Part shown: positions 39,565 through 50,689 of the stretch, one piece after another | How positions within the stretch are numbered: the stretch's first letter is position 1 | How the letters are laid out: each line of letters starts with the position of its first letter | Assembly: GCA_002746535.1 (NCBI GenBank) | Contig: NVWA01000008.1 | Span: forward strand, 67,098-131,097 | Length of the DNA: 64,000 nt | Source: Planctomycetota bacterium | GTDB lineage: Bacteria > Planctomycetota > GCA-2746535 | Direction: 5' to 3' | Position numbers and translations under genes: made by a program | Notes under the pieces: model-generated | The model's input: the letters and a program-made list of their open reading frames with translations, nothing else | Databases searched by the model: none | What the model was told of the DNA's origin: nothing

Positions 39565-39897
39565 CTAAAATTTGACTTTTTGAATATTATCCCTTATGTC
39601 CCTTTTCTCAAGTTCTTCGATATCGTGAAGTTCTTTTCTTCTACTTATATCTTCCTCTATTTCTACTTGATCTTCCACTATTTCTTTTAATAAGAGGTAT
39701 AATATTTTAGATAAGATTTTACCTAGGATGAACCAAAAGAATAGAATTACGAAGATTATTTTAATAATTAGAGAAGTCATATTATCACCAATGTTGACTA
39801 ATTCACTAATACAGAATATTGTCGTTCCTAATAAGGTGAATATGGCATTGATTCTTTCTCTGATGGTTTGTTCGGTTTTTTCTGTAAATTGAATCAT
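39565..39897 (-). CDS. Small membrane protein in the flagellar operon
   Basis: Two hydrophobic segments; co-oriented between flhG and fliA. Confidence 0.7.
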   Translation of the reverse strand: MIQFTEKTEQTIRERINAIFTLLGTTIFCISELVNIGDNMTSLIIKIIFVILFFWFILGKILSKILYLLLKEIVEDQVEIEEDISRRKELHDIEELEKRDIRDNIQKVKF

Positions 39898-39907
39898 AAT
39901 CGCCCTA

Positions 39908-40843
39908 TTAGTTTAATCCTGTAAATAATGCTTCTAAGTATCCAATGTTTTTAATTCTAAGATCTTTTTTCGGTTTTTCAAAACCATCGAATGCATTTTG
40001 AAAAAGTAGTGAAACACTAGAGTTTGGATATTTTGCCAGGAATACTTCTCCACATTGATTTGAATCTGAAACCTTATCATCTTGTAATAAATACCCTTTA
40101 TAATCCACTTGAATCTTTAAGCTCTTTTCACATGTTAACATAAAATTCTTTGCCGTTAAGTCCGCAATGTGTTTATTTTTTGCCATATTAATCAAAATTT
40201 GAAAACCTTTGGAATATCCCTTTTGTCTTAAATGCTTAATAATTTGATAGGCATCTTCCCAAGAACTTTTTTCAGGCTTTATGATAAAGAGTTTTACATC
40301 AGATTTCATGACAGATTGAATGACAACATGGTGGGCTCCAGCGCCTGTGTCAATAATAATATCGTCATAGGATGATTCAACTTTTTGTAATCCAGAAATT
40401 AATCGATTAATAATATGATGAGGTAAATCTGCAAAGCGAACATCTCTAACGCCTTTTATGAATTCGAATCCATAACGACTTTTAACAATAGCTTCTGAAA
40501 TGTCTTTATCGCCTTTAAGTAGTTTTGTAATATTTGTTTTTTCTTTATTACCTAAGAGCAAATCAGTATTTCCCATTCCAAAGTCAAAATCCATTAATAA
40601 AACTTTGCGTTTTTTTTGAAAAAGATAATAAGCTAGGGCTGCGGAACAATTAGTTTTCCCAACGCCTCCCTTTCCAGATGTAATCGTGATCACTCTTGCT
40701 CGACTTTTTGGCGGAACATTTTTCAGAGTTTTTATTTTTTTATTGTCAACAACAGAAGTCTTAACTACCGTTGTTTTGTCAGAATTGTTTCCCTGACCTT
40801 TGGCTGCAAGAGCTCGTAGGGAAGTAGCTTGATCAGACGTCAT
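39908..40843 (-). CDS. flhG: FlhG/FleN MinD-like ATPase
   Basis: N-terminal DQA.SLR motif, ITSGKGGVGKTN, IIDTGAG; directly after flhF. Confidence 0.9.
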   Translation of the reverse strand: MTSDQATSLRALAAKGQGNNSDKTTVVKTSVVDNKKIKTLKNVPPKSRARVITITSGKGGVGKTNCSAALAYYLFQKKRKVLLMDFDFGMGNTDLLLGNKEKTNITKLLKGDKDISEAIVKSRYGFEFIKGVRDVRFADLPHHIINRLISGLQKVESSYDDIIIDTGAGAHHVVIQSVMKSDVKLFIIKPEKSSWEDAYQIIKHLRQKGYSKGFQILINMAKNKHIADLTAKNFMLTCEKSLKIQVDYKGYLLQDDKVSDSNQCGEVFLAKYPNSSVSLLFQNAFDGFEKPKKDLRIKNIGYLEALFTGLN

Positions 40844-42104
40844 AAGTTACTTGCCCCAAAATTAAATCGGTTAATTTAGAAGAATCAGAAACTTCAATGT
40901 CTTGTGGAACTTCTTGTCCAGTCGTAAAATAAGCAACGCTTCTATTTGCTTTTGCAACAATACTCAATATTGGTCCATATGAAACCGCTTCATCAATTTT
41001 AGTAATGATTAAACTAGATATGGGGAAACTGCTGAATTCTTTAATATTGCTCATTATATTTTTTTCATTGCTCGTAGCACTTAACACTAAATATATTTCT
41101 TCGATGGGAGTGTAGCGAAAATAATTTTCTAGTTCTTGCCGTTTAGCTTCACTTTTTTGGTTTCTTCCAGCAGTATCAATAAGAACTAAATCTCTGTCTT
41201 TTAATTTTTCTATAGCACCTTTGAAGTCTTCTGGTGCATGAACAACTTCAAGGGGTGCATCCATGATTTCAGCATATTTTCTTAATTGATCTACGGCTCC
41301 GATTCTGTAAGTATCTAAAGTGATAAAACCAACTTTTTTGTTAAATTGAAATTTATGGATTGCTGCCAATTTAGCTATTGTTGTTGTTTTGCCAACACCA
41401 GTTGCTCCTATCATTGCAACATAGGAGGTTTTATTTTCACTTAATTGTAGGGGCCCGTGTCGAGGTATTAATCTGCCAAGATATTGATTCAAGGTTTTAT
41501 TAATTAATTCTTGGGTTAATGTAGTATTAACTAAGTCTTTTCTCATTTTATTGACCATGCCTAATGCTAATTCTTTTGATATGTCGTTGTTGATTAATAA
41601 TTGATATAGTTCCACCAATTCTTGTGGAAATGAAGCAATCTTTTCTGATTGAGTTTGAGTTATTAGCTCTTGGACCATATTCTTAATTTGGTTCACTTCT
41701 TTTTCTAATTTTTCTTTATCTTTGAATAACTCTAATGCTTGATTGTTTGAAATGATTTTTGTTGTTTCATTAGACGTAGAGTTTGATAGGGCTTCTCTTA
41801 ATTCATCCGCTTTACGTTTAACAGAAGTAGGTATGCTTTGGTTGATTAATTGACTATTATTTTGATAAGTTTTAGCTAGAAATTTACTTTGCGGTGGAGC
41901 TTCAACAGGATTCATTTCTTTCAATAATGATTTCACTGGATTTGTTGTTGCTGTGATTTCAACAACAGAATTTCCTGAAAAGCCCATTAGTCCACCTTTA
42001 GAAACGTGTTTAGTTTCTAAGATGATGGCTTCTTCACCCAATGCTTGCTTTACTTTTAGGAATGCTTCGCGTTCATTCATGCCGTAAAATTTAGTCGGTT
42101 TCAT
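40833..42104 (-). CDS. flhF: Flagellar SRP-type GTPase FlhF
   Basis: GATGVGKTTTIAKLAA, DTYRIGAVDQL, DTAGR, TKIDE, GQEVPQDI. Confidence 0.95.
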   Translation of the reverse strand: MKPTKFYGMNEREAFLKVKQALGEEAIILETKHVSKGGLMGFSGNSVVEITATTNPVKSLLKEMNPVEAPPQSKFLAKTYQNNSQLINQSIPTSVKRKADELREALSNSTSNETTKIISNNQALELFKDKEKLEKEVNQIKNMVQELITQTQSEKIASFPQELVELYQLLINNDISKELALGMVNKMRKDLVNTTLTQELINKTLNQYLGRLIPRHGPLQLSENKTSYVAMIGATGVGKTTTIAKLAAIHKFQFNKKVGFITLDTYRIGAVDQLRKYAEIMDAPLEVVHAPEDFKGAIEKLKDRDLVLIDTAGRNQKSEAKRQELENYFRYTPIEEIYLVLSATSNEKNIMSNIKEFSSFPISSLIITKIDEAVSYGPILSIVAKANRSVAYFTTGQEVPQDIEVSDSSKLTDLILGQVTYDV

Positions 42105-42129
42105 GGATTGTATCCTCTAATTTTAAACC

Positions 42130-44229
42130 TTATTGCGTCATTTCAGCTGAACCTACAGACTCAACTTCAATACCGGGTGAAATTTCATTGTAACTAAGTA
42201 CCACAACGCTAGGCATATTTGATCTCATAAATCTGCTAACGTGACCACGTATAGGAGGGCTACACAATATTATTGGTGCAATGTGACCCTGGGAAATTAA
42301 ATTTTCTAATCCTTTGGTAATGCTATCAACAAATCCTTTCAGGACTTGAGGATCGATACTTAATAGTGCTGCGCCATCATCCATTTTCTGAAGGCTATTG
42401 ACAATATGATCTTCCATTTTAGGATCGAGGGTTATGACATAAATTTTATTTCCATCTTCTAAATATTCTTTGCATATAGAACGACTTAAACCGTTCCTCA
42501 CATATTCAGTTAAAACTTCTGGATCTTTTGTTCTTCTGCCATAATCACCGAGAACTTCTAATATTGTTTCCAAATCTCTAATAGGTACTTTTTCTGTTAG
42601 AAGGTTTTGAAGTACTTTTTGAAGATCAGCATAAGAAAGTAATTCAGGAATTACTTCTTCAACAATTGTTTTTGAGCTTTCATCAAGATTGTCTACCAAT
42701 GCCCTGACTTCACCTCTAGTTAATATTTCGGCAGCATAATTTTTAACAAGTTCAGTTAGATGTGTAGCAATTACGGCTGTTGGTTCTACGATTACATACC
42801 CTAATGTAGAGGCTCTTTCTTTCATTTCATTTGGTATCCAATATGCGGGTAAACCAAAGGCAGGTTCTTTGGTTTTGATGCCTTCAATCTTGCCATTAAT
42901 ATTACCAGCGTCCATGGCCAGCATTTTATCAGGATATACCTCACCTTTGGCGATTTCATTTCCTCTGATTTTGATCATATATTGATTTGGTTGTAGGTGA
43001 ACATCATCTCTAATTCTTATTGGTGGTATGATGATTCCCAATTCTGTTGCAATGTCTTTTCGAACTTTATGTATTCGACTTAATAAATCACCACCTTGTT
43101 TTGTATCAGCTAATGATATCAATCCAAAGCCAACAATAAGCTCCATCGGCTCTACTTTTAGCAACCCTTCAACTTTTTCAGGCTCACTCGGAGAAGCCTC
43201 TTCTTCAGCTTGCGCTTCAACTTCCTGTTGTTGAGTGGCTTCTTCTTTTTTCATTAAATTCCAGGCGTAGTATACTAATGCCATTGCAATTAATGATGAA
43301 GGAATTCTGAAGCTAGTTGCCATGCCTAGTAATGCAATCAAGCCAGCAGCAGCCAAAATAGGTTTTGGTGAGCTCATTATTTGTTTGTTTAAGTCAACGT
43401 ATATGTTTGAGTCTTTTCCTGATTTAGTAACTAATAAGCCTGCTGCTACAGATATAAATAAAGCTGGAATTTGTGAAACTAATCCATCACCGATTGTTAA
43501 ATTCGTATAAGTTTTTGCCACCTCTGCTGCAGAACTTGCATTACTTCCTAACATGCCAATCGTAAAACCCGCGATTATATTTATGGCTGTTATTACTAAA
43601 CCAGCAATGGCATCACCTCTTACAAATTTGCTAGCACCATCCATAGCTCCATAAAAATCTGCTTCTTCTGAAAGTTGATCGCGTCTTTCTTTGGCTTGAG
43701 TTTCATTTATATTTCCAGCATTCAAATCAGCATCAATAGCCATTTGCTTTCCAGGCATCGCATCTAATGTAAATCTTGCCGCCACTTCTGAGACTCTTCC
43801 AGAACCTTTTGTGATGACAATAAAATTTATTAAAACTAAAATCAAAAAGATAACGACACCAACAACAATATTATTGCCACTTATAAAGTTAGCAAAGGTA
43901 TCAACGACATTGCCAGCATGACCTTCCGACAAAATTAATCTAGTGGTCGCAACGTTCAGTGCAAGTCGAAATAGCGTCAATATTAATAGTAATGATGGGA
44001 AGGCTGCTAAGTCCATGGGGGATTTCACCCAAATGGCAGACATTAATAACAATACTGAAATTGAAATATTTATTATTAGGAAAAAATCCATGGCCATTGG
44101 AGGCAAAGTCGCCAATAAGATGACTAATACCATCCCAGTGAATCCAGCAATGACGAGCATCTCAGAATTACCGCGCTTCAAATATCCGGCCCAGTTTTTA
44201 GGCGCTAAAGATAAGGTGGCCAAAAGCAA
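42130..44229 (-). CDS. flhA: Flagellar export protein FlhA
   Basis: RLALNVATTRLIL, RVSEVAARFTLDAMPGKQMAIDADL, FYGAMDGASKFVRGDAIAG; start may be the TTG at 44223. Confidence 0.97.
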   Translation of the reverse strand: MLLATLSLAPKNWAGYLKRGNSEMLVIAGFTGMVLVILLATLPPMAMDFFLIINISISVLLLMSAIWVKSPMDLAAFPSLLLILTLFRLALNVATTRLILSEGHAGNVVDTFANFISGNNIVVGVVIFLILVLINFIVITKGSGRVSEVAARFTLDAMPGKQMAIDADLNAGNINETQAKERRDQLSEEADFYGAMDGASKFVRGDAIAGLVITAINIIAGFTIGMLGSNASSAAEVAKTYTNLTIGDGLVSQIPALFISVAAGLLVTKSGKDSNIYVDLNKQIMSSPKPILAAAGLIALLGMATSFRIPSSLIAMALVYYAWNLMKKEEATQQQEVEAQAEEEASPSEPEKVEGLLKVEPMELIVGFGLISLADTKQGGDLLSRIHKVRKDIATELGIIIPPIRIRDDVHLQPNQYMIKIRGNEIAKGEVYPDKMLAMDAGNINGKIEGIKTKEPAFGLPAYWIPNEMKERASTLGYVIVEPTAVIATHLTELVKNYAAEILTRGEVRALVDNLDESSKTIVEEVIPELLSYADLQKVLQNLLTEKVPIRDLETILEVLGDYGRRTKDPEVLTEYVRNGLSRSICKEYLEDGNKIYVITLDPKMEDHIVNSLQKMDDGAALLSIDPQVLKGFVDSITKGLENLISQGHIAPIILCSPPIRGHVSRFMRSNMPSVVVLSYNEISPGIEVESVGSAEMTQ

Positions 44230-44480
44230 ATTCCTTTAATATTTTTACAAAATGTATTTTACATTTTATAAATTATAACTTATACTTTTGTCGTTCCAAA
44301 TTAAATTACTCGAAAGGCCCAATTCTTTTAATAATCGACTAAATAAGATAAAATAGTATTTTTAATCGAAAATAAAGGATTTGTGCCTAATTTTAAAAAG
44401 GAGTAAAAGTAACAAATACGATGTTGAGTTTCGGATTATTTTTACCATAATACCAACCTTTACACAACAGAGGGTAGATC

Positions 44481-45185
44481 ATGAGTTCATTAGCCACCAT
44501 AATTAGTATTTCGTGCGAAACCAAGTCAAACTACTTGGAAGACTATTCTGAGCCTAAAAAGGGCGTGTTTTTATACTCTTATAAAATAAAAATCATCAAT
44601 CATTCTGATAGCGAAGTAAAACTCGTTTCGCGCTATTGGTTGATAATCGATTCTTTATCAAATAAAGAAATTATCAGAGGAGATGGGGTTGTAGGTAAGC
44701 AACCTTGTATTAAACCTGGTGAATCATTTGAATATACCAGCTTTTGTCCACTAGCTACCAACTTCGGTACAATGGAAGGTCACTTTCATTTTATAAATGA
44801 AGATGGAAATAAATTCGATGTAAATGTTGAACGATTTTATTTAGCGACATCTTTATTTGAATATCCGTGTAATGAATTTAAAAGAGGACAAGTCGTTAGG
44901 CATAAGCTGTATAACTACAGAGGTGTTGTCGTCGACTTTGATATGTCTTTCACGGCTGATGACAATTGGTATAAATCCAATAAAACAAAACCAGATAAAG
45001 ATATGCCTTGGTACCATGTGCTGGTTGATGGTTCAGACAAAGTTACTTATGTGGCACAGCAGAATCTAGAATTTTCAGAAATTGGTGCTCCTATTGTTCA
45101 CCCACTTGTTCAACACTTCTTTAATGGATTTGAAACTAGTGGGTATATTCGTAACGACAATAGTTGGCGTGAATTAAAAATGTAA
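44481..45185 (+). CDS. ApaG (DUF525) - HspQ/YccV fusion protein
   Basis: First ~125 aa: RYWLIID..RGDGVVGKQP..PGESFEYTS...GTMEG (ApaG); remainder: F..GQVVRHKLYNYRGVVVDFD...PWYHVLVD....TYVAQQNL (HspQ); no internal stop. Confidence 0.9.
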   Translation: MSSLATIISISCETKSNYLEDYSEPKKGVFLYSYKIKIINHSDSEVKLVSRYWLIIDSLSNKEIIRGDGVVGKQPCIKPGESFEYTSFCPLATNFGTMEGHFHFINEDGNKFDVNVERFYLATSLFEYPCNEFKRGQVVRHKLYNYRGVVVDFDMSFTADDNWYKSNKTKPDKDMPWYHVLVDGSDKVTYVAQQNLEFSEIGAPIVHPLVQHFFNGFETSGYIRNDNSWRELKM

Positions 45186-45466
45186 TAAAAATAATTTGGT
45201 TGCAGTTTACATAAAAGGCCTGTGACCAATTTAAAATTCCTAATAATTAAATTTAAAATTTATATAGTGACTCGAGTAGCAAACTAGGATTTCTATTTTC
45301 AAGAAATCTGTTCATTTTGTATAGATAACTCTATTCTCAGGCGAATTAGACCTATTATTATTAATTTGTAGTAAAAGAAAAGTCTATTTATTTTTGAACC
45401 GTTGTAGTCGTTTGTCAGTCACTAAGAATTAAATATAATTTATAAATTTAATTGAAAAAGATTTAT

Positions 45467-47230
45467 ATGAATAGTGATGCTCAAAGTGAAATAATTGTTG
45501 GCATTGATTTAGGAACTACAAATTCTCTCATCAGTATTTTTAAAAATAATCAAACAATTTTAATTAATAATTCATTAAACGAATATTTGACACCATCCGT
45601 AATAGGTCTTTTGAAAAAAGAAGATCAAATAATAGTTGGTGAACCAGCGAACAGTTTAGAAGTAACTTCCCCTGAAAACTGTTCAAGAAATTTTAAGAGA
45701 CTTATGGGTTTAGATTATGAAATTAATTTAGCCAAAAAGAGTTTCATGGCTCATGAATTATCAAGTTTAGTCTTAAAATCTTTAAAAGAAGATGCGGAAG
45801 AGTTTTTTAAACATTCCATTAAAAGAGCTGTAATAACTGTCCCTGCTTATTTTAATGATCACCAAAGACAAGCGACAAAAATGGCAGGTGAATTAGCCGG
45901 TTTTAAAGTCGAACGAATAATTAATGAACCAACAGCGGCAGCATTAAGTTATGGTTTTCATGAGAAAGAAGCCGACAAAAAAATTGTTGTATTTGATTTA
46001 GGAGGTGGAACCTTTGACGTTACCGTTATGGAGATCTTTGAAGGTAGCTTAGAAATTATATCCACTGCCGGTATTCATGATTTGGGTGGTGAGGATTTCA
46101 CAAGAGGGATCTTAAGCTGGGTTTTAAAAAGAAATAATATGCAATTTGAATTAGAAGAGTTGCGCCATCCCTTAAGGATATCACGATTAAGAAATGAATG
46201 TGAAAATGTCAAAAAAAAGCTAAATGAAAAAAATGAGTTAGAAATTCGATTTCCAAATGAAGATGGCTCATTTAGTGATGATACTATGAAAATAACAAAA
46301 GATATTTTTCAATTAATCTCAGATAATTTAATTAGAAAGTTAGATGCACCATTAAACAAAGTCATTAGAGATTCAGGAATATTAAAAGAAGACATCGACG
46401 ATGTGATTTTAGTTGGCGGCGCTACTAGAATGGACTGTATTAAAGAGTATGTGGAAACATTTTTTGGCAAATCAGCCCTATGTGAATTAGATCCGGATAA
46501 AGTTGTCGCATTTGGTGCCGCTATTCAAGGGGCATTGATTAGCGATGACAAAGATGTTGAAGATATGGTGATGACCGACGTTTGTCCGCATTCTTTGGGA
46601 ATATCAATTTGCAAAGAATGGGGGAATCAACTTCAAGATGGCTATTTTTTACCTGTTATACATCGTGGTACTACCATACCGGTTTCAAGAGAAGAAACGG
46701 TATATACTTTGTTTGATAATCAGCCCTCTTTGTTAGTAGAAGTCTTTCAAGGGGAATCAAGAAAAACCAAAGGTAATTTAAAGCTGGGTGATTTTTCGAT
46801 CGATAATTTACCTTTAAAAAAAGCAGGTATGGAGATAAATGTCCGATTCACGTATGATCTAAATGGTCTTTTGGAAATTGAAGTCATCGTACCTGAAACA
46901 CAAAAACGAAAAAAAGTATTAATAAAAAATAATGTAAAAGGTTTGTCTGAAAAGGATATGAAAGATGCGATTCTTAAATTGCAAAAATTGAAGTTTTATC
47001 CCAGAGATCACTTGCCTAATCGCAATCTTTTGCTTTTCGCTGAAAAATGTTTAGAAGAAGTGCCGCCTTTAGAAAGAACAAATCTTGAAGAAGAAATAGA
47101 TATATTTGAAGCTTCAATGTCTGCGAATAATGAAGAATTTTTTAATGAGGCAAAAAAGAATATTTTAGTTAAATTGTCTAGCTTAGGTTTTCCGTATCAA
47201 CAGAAACCCTGGGATAACAATGACTCATAA
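45467..47230 (+). CDS. hscC: HscC-like specialised Hsp70
   Basis: [55 protein letters not shown], shortened lid; ORF track starts at TTG 45452. Confidence 0.88.
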   Translation: MNSDAQSEIIVGIDLGTTNSLISIFKNNQTILINNSLNEYLTPSVIGLLKKEDQIIVGEPANSLEVTSPENCSRNFKRLMGLDYEINLAKKSFMAHELSSLVLKSLKEDAEEFFKHSIKRAVITVPAYFNDHQRQATKMAGELAGFKVERIINEPTAAALSYGFHEKEADKKIVVFDLGGGTFDVTVMEIFEGSLEIISTAGIHDLGGEDFTRGILSWVLKRNNMQFELEELRHPLRISRLRNECENVKKKLNEKNELEIRFPNEDGSFSDDTMKITKDIFQLISDNLIRKLDAPLNKVIRDSGILKEDIDDVILVGGATRMDCIKEYVETFFGKSALCELDPDKVVAFGAAIQGALISDDKDVEDMVMTDVCPHSLGISICKEWGNQLQDGYFLPVIHRGTTIPVSREETVYTLFDNQPSLLVEVFQGESRKTKGNLKLGDFSIDNLPLKKAGMEINVRFTYDLNGLLEIEVIVPETQKRKKVLIKNNVKGLSEKDMKDAILKLQKLKFYPRDHLPNRNLLLFAEKCLEEVPPLERTNLEEEIDIFEASMSANNEEFFNEAKKNILVKLSSLGFPYQQKPWDNNDS

Positions 47231-47894
47231 TGAATCAGAAATAAAATCCTATTTAAGAGATATTTTTCAATTTGATGAAACGGAACAGTTAGAGGATGTT
47301 CTGAATCTTCGATCATCATTTCTTGATATTCCCTTAAAAAATTCGCCAAATTATGATAACCTTAGTTTGACTTGGTTTGCCTGGAAAGAGCAATTTGAGA
47401 ATACATTACTCGACTTCTGGGAGTTAGATGAGGATGATAAGTTTCAAGAATTACTAGATCTGTTTAATTTTTTAGAGGGTCATCCTTATGATAAATTTCA
47501 AAAGTATACTTTAAGATTTAAAGCGTTTTTTTTAAGAAGAGATGAAGTGTTATCACTTGATAAAAAAGAATATACCAATATTAAAACGAGAGATTTTTTA
47601 AACATTTTTATTGGTACAAGAAACAATATTTTTATTGCTAAGAATAAAATGATGGATGATCTCTTTTACCAGTCTAAGAGAAAATCTTATAAAGTCTTGA
47701 TGAAAGAATTTAAATTATTATTTCCTGAGGTGTATAAATCTTCGATAGATTTTTTGCTGCCTATTGAGAAGAATAAAAAAAAAATTGAACGAAAAAATAG
47801 AAATAACTCTATTGAAAAGTCCGATTCACATTATTTTTGGATTGGTGGTATCGTAATATACCTTCTTATTAAAGCTTGTATTGTGATGAAATAG
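47220..47894 (+). CDS. Hypothetical protein with C-terminal membrane anchor
   Basis: Overlaps the hscC stop; C-terminal [18 protein letters not shown]. Confidence 0.7.
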   Translation: MTHNESEIKSYLRDIFQFDETEQLEDVLNLRSSFLDIPLKNSPNYDNLSLTWFAWKEQFENTLLDFWELDEDDKFQELLDLFNFLEGHPYDKFQKYTLRFKAFFLRRDEVLSLDKKEYTNIKTRDFLNIFIGTRNNIFIAKNKMMDDLFYQSKRKSYKVLMKEFKLLFPEVYKSSIDFLLPIEKNKKKIERKNRNNSIEKSDSHYFWIGGIVIYLLIKACIVMK

Positions 47895-47908
47895 GAAGGT
47901 ATTGCAAA

Positions 47909-49561
47909 ATGGATTCGTTCGATAATTTTAACTGGGATAATATTAATAACTACCAGGATTTTTTCAATCTGCCGGATGGCTTTAATAAAAAAGATTTAAA
48001 GAGATCGTACAATAAATATATTAAATATTTTAAACCAGAAAAATTCCCAGAAGAATTCCAAAAAATTAGAAAAGCATATGAGGAAGCCATAGCTTTTTTG
48101 CGTGATGGGCCCTTGCATAATATACCATCTGATGATTCAGAGGATGCCATTCTTAATGATTATAGTGAGTTGAGTGATGAGTTTGGGTATGATGATATTA
48201 TGGAAGCCGCCAATGAAAAGGAATCGGAGTTTCGTGAAAACATCAGCATTGAAAGAGAAAAAATATTAGCATTGTTGGATACAAAACCAATAGATGAGAT
48301 TTATGATTCCCTCAAAAAAAATGCCCATAAGCCGACTCATTATTATCATTTAGCGATTATTTCTGATGTAATTGGAAATGATGAAGGCTTTGTTTATTGG
48401 ATACTTAAAGGCATTAAAAGATTTGGTTTTGATTCTGAAAATTTAGGTGAAATCTTAAACGAATTTGTCAAAAAAATGAAGGGTGAAAATAATTGGAAAA
48501 ATTTAATATTAACTTTTTCCGATCAGTGTCCGGCCTCACTGTTCTATCAGATTTTATCAGATATGTTATCAGATTTTGGGCATACTCTACCGATGGATGA
48601 GTACATTCAATTTTTAGAAGATTGTGAAGCAAGTCTAGATTTTAATGATGATTATTTATCAGATAAATGTTATTTTTATTTAAAAGTTATTATTGAATTT
48701 TCTCTGAAAGGGGACTTTGCTTGGTTGGAAAATAAATTCAATTATATTGATCAAAATCAAGACTTACTCTCTGAGCCAGCCTTTGAGTATTTTGAATTAA
48801 TAAGTAGTCTTTTTGCTTATAGAGAAATAGTATCACTCTTTAGTACCCAAATAAGAAATAATGATTTATCTGATTCTATCAGTAAGTGTATTGATTCCTT
48901 TTGCACGAGGGACGGTATTGAAATGGATAAAACGTTCCTTTCAACCTTGACTGTCATTGAAGAATCAGGAAAGGATTTGATAAAGTTTGTTCCCTTTGAT
49001 GTTGAACATAGTTATATGGAGTTGTTATTTCACATTTTCTTTTTTATTGCTAGCAATCAATCCGCTCGTTTACCATTTGAAGAGGACCCAGAGATAAAAG
49101 AGACTATTGGCGAAGAAATTGCAAATGTGGTACATGAAGTAGACAAAAAAACCAATGCATCTTTTTTAGGATCTTTTTGGGGAATTTTTAATTTAGGATA
49201 CATGGCAATGTTAGCACTGATTGGAATGTTACCTTTATTGTTATTTTCTGTGGTGAATTCATCTGGAATAGTGTTAGGAATTGAGTTGTTTTGGGCGCTG
49301 GGGGTTTGGTTTATAATTAAACCAAAATTCGCAGATGTGTTAAGAGATAAAATTAATATTTCCATCGCTATAAGATGTTATCGAAAAATATGGAGACCAA
49401 TTGTGTTAAAATATTTATTGACGAATCGATGTCCCTTAGGAATACTATTGGAAGGGATAAATTCCATTTCAAATGACGAGCAAAACACTCCTTATTTGCA
49501 CATGTTTATGGATAGTGATTCACTTTTAACAATGGTTTCCATCACGAGTCGATTTAAATAA
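47909..49561 (+). CDS. Atypical J-domain membrane protein (DjlB/DjlC-like)
   Basis: KKDLKRSY..YIKYFKPEKFPEEFQKIRKAYE resembles a J-domain with KPE in place of HPD; two TMs near the C-terminus; ATG 47909 after GGAAGG. Confidence 0.75.
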   Translation: MDSFDNFNWDNINNYQDFFNLPDGFNKKDLKRSYNKYIKYFKPEKFPEEFQKIRKAYEEAIAFLRDGPLHNIPSDDSEDAILNDYSELSDEFGYDDIMEAANEKESEFRENISIEREKILALLDTKPIDEIYDSLKKNAHKPTHYYHLAIISDVIGNDEGFVYWILKGIKRFGFDSENLGEILNEFVKKMKGENNWKNLILTFSDQCPASLFYQILSDMLSDFGHTLPMDEYIQFLEDCEASLDFNDDYLSDKCYFYLKVIIEFSLKGDFAWLENKFNYIDQNQDLLSEPAFEYFELISSLFAYREIVSLFSTQIRNNDLSDSISKCIDSFCTRDGIEMDKTFLSTLTVIEESGKDLIKFVPFDVEHSYMELLFHIFFFIASNQSARLPFEEDPEIKETIGEEIANVVHEVDKKTNASFLGSFWGIFNLGYMAMLALIGMLPLLLFSVVNSSGIVLGIELFWALGVWFIIKPKFADVLRDKINISIAIRCYRKIWRPIVLKYLLTNRCPLGILLEGINSISNDEQNTPYLHMFMDSDSLLTMVSITSRFK

Positions 49562-49713
49562 TAATTTTATTTTAAATACCTGATTGAAACTTTAATCTAA
49601 GACAATTAAAAAGATAAAAAATTGATATTTAATAGTTCGTTTACTTCAATTTATTAGTGGATATATTTCAAAATATTATGATCAAATCATTGCAGTATAA
49701 GTGTATTCATATT

Positions 49714-50514
49714 ATGAAAAATGTATTATTCATCTTCTTGTATCTTTCGTTCACAGTGATTATTCACGGTATCGACATTAAAGAAGGCTATACCAATAGA
49801 ATTTTTCTAAAAGAAAAAATGTTAAAAGGTATTTGGGTAGGTGAGTTGGATGGTAAGCAACCAATTTACTATGAATTTAAACATCGTAAAAATTTTGTTA
49901 ATGGTAAAACTTCATTAGTAAGTGTTTCTCATTGGGCTCCTATAGGAGGTGGTGACTTTAAACGTAGTGCTGAAACCCATCCCATTCATTTTTTTGAAGG
50001 AGAAGTGTTATTGTCAGATTCATTTTTAGAATCTATTCCTGATCAACCAGGTGTTCTTTTGCTGACAAAATTAACGATGACGATTGGGACAACAGCACTG
50101 TACAGATCAAGCATTGATGAAATCAATCAATATAAAGGTAAGTGGAAAGAGCTAATGAAAAAATTGCGTGGTAATCGAAAGCTGATTACGGTTGAAGATT
50201 CTACGGCTCCAATATTGCTTTTTGGATATGGTTATCGTGTTCAAACGGCTAAACAAAAAAAAGTGTCAGGTGTAGATGGCATTAATGTTATTAATCTATT
50301 ACAGGGAAAACCTGCTGAAAAAGCTGGCATGAAAGCAGGCGATATTGTTTTAAAAATTAATGGAAAAATTGTTTTTGATAGAGTGAGTCTTATCTTTTCT
50401 TATAGGAATGAGAAGGGAGTCAAACCTATCCCAGTCTTATTATTACGTAATAAGAAAAAAGTTACAATTAATGTTATTCCATATAAGCGGAAGAAAATTA
50501 CGGTCAAAAAATAG
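49714..50514 (+). CDS. Exported PDZ-domain protein
   Basis: Signal-like N-terminus from ATG 49714; GKPAEKAGMKAGDIVLKING PDZ motif. Confidence 0.78.
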   Translation: MKNVLFIFLYLSFTVIIHGIDIKEGYTNRIFLKEKMLKGIWVGELDGKQPIYYEFKHRKNFVNGKTSLVSVSHWAPIGGGDFKRSAETHPIHFFEGEVLLSDSFLESIPDQPGVLLLTKLTMTIGTTALYRSSIDEINQYKGKWKELMKKLRGNRKLITVEDSTAPILLFGYGYRVQTAKQKKVSGVDGINVINLLQGKPAEKAGMKAGDIVLKINGKIVFDRVSLIFSYRNEKGVKPIPVLLLRNKKKVTINVIPYKRKKITVKK

Positions 50515-50573
50515 AAAAGTTCTCCGTTATTTAGTATTGGCCTTGAAATCACGATTATTACCTATAAAGACTC

Positions 50574-50689
50574 TAACTTGACTAAATTTATCAGTTTACT
50601 TTTTAAAAAGTGTTGAAAAGCTGAAGTTTTTACTATAATCCGACCAAAACAGCAATTTTAAAAGTAAGTTGATAAGAATAGTCAAGTAT
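50574..50689. promoter_or_regulatory. Rrf2-family operator boxes flanking a TATAAT -10
   Basis: TAACTTGACTAAATTTATCAGTTTA (50574-50598) and TAAGTTGATAAGAATAGTCAAGTAT (50665-50689) are near reverse complements and match the IscR type-1-like ATASYYGACTRwwwYAGTCRRSTAT; weaker copy 50636-50660; TATAAT at 50634-50639. Confidence 0.7.

Noticed and set aside
45194-45232. Hairpin after the apaG-hspQ gene as an intrinsic terminator
   Set aside because: Stem depends on G-U pairs, long loop, short U-tract; too weak to call.
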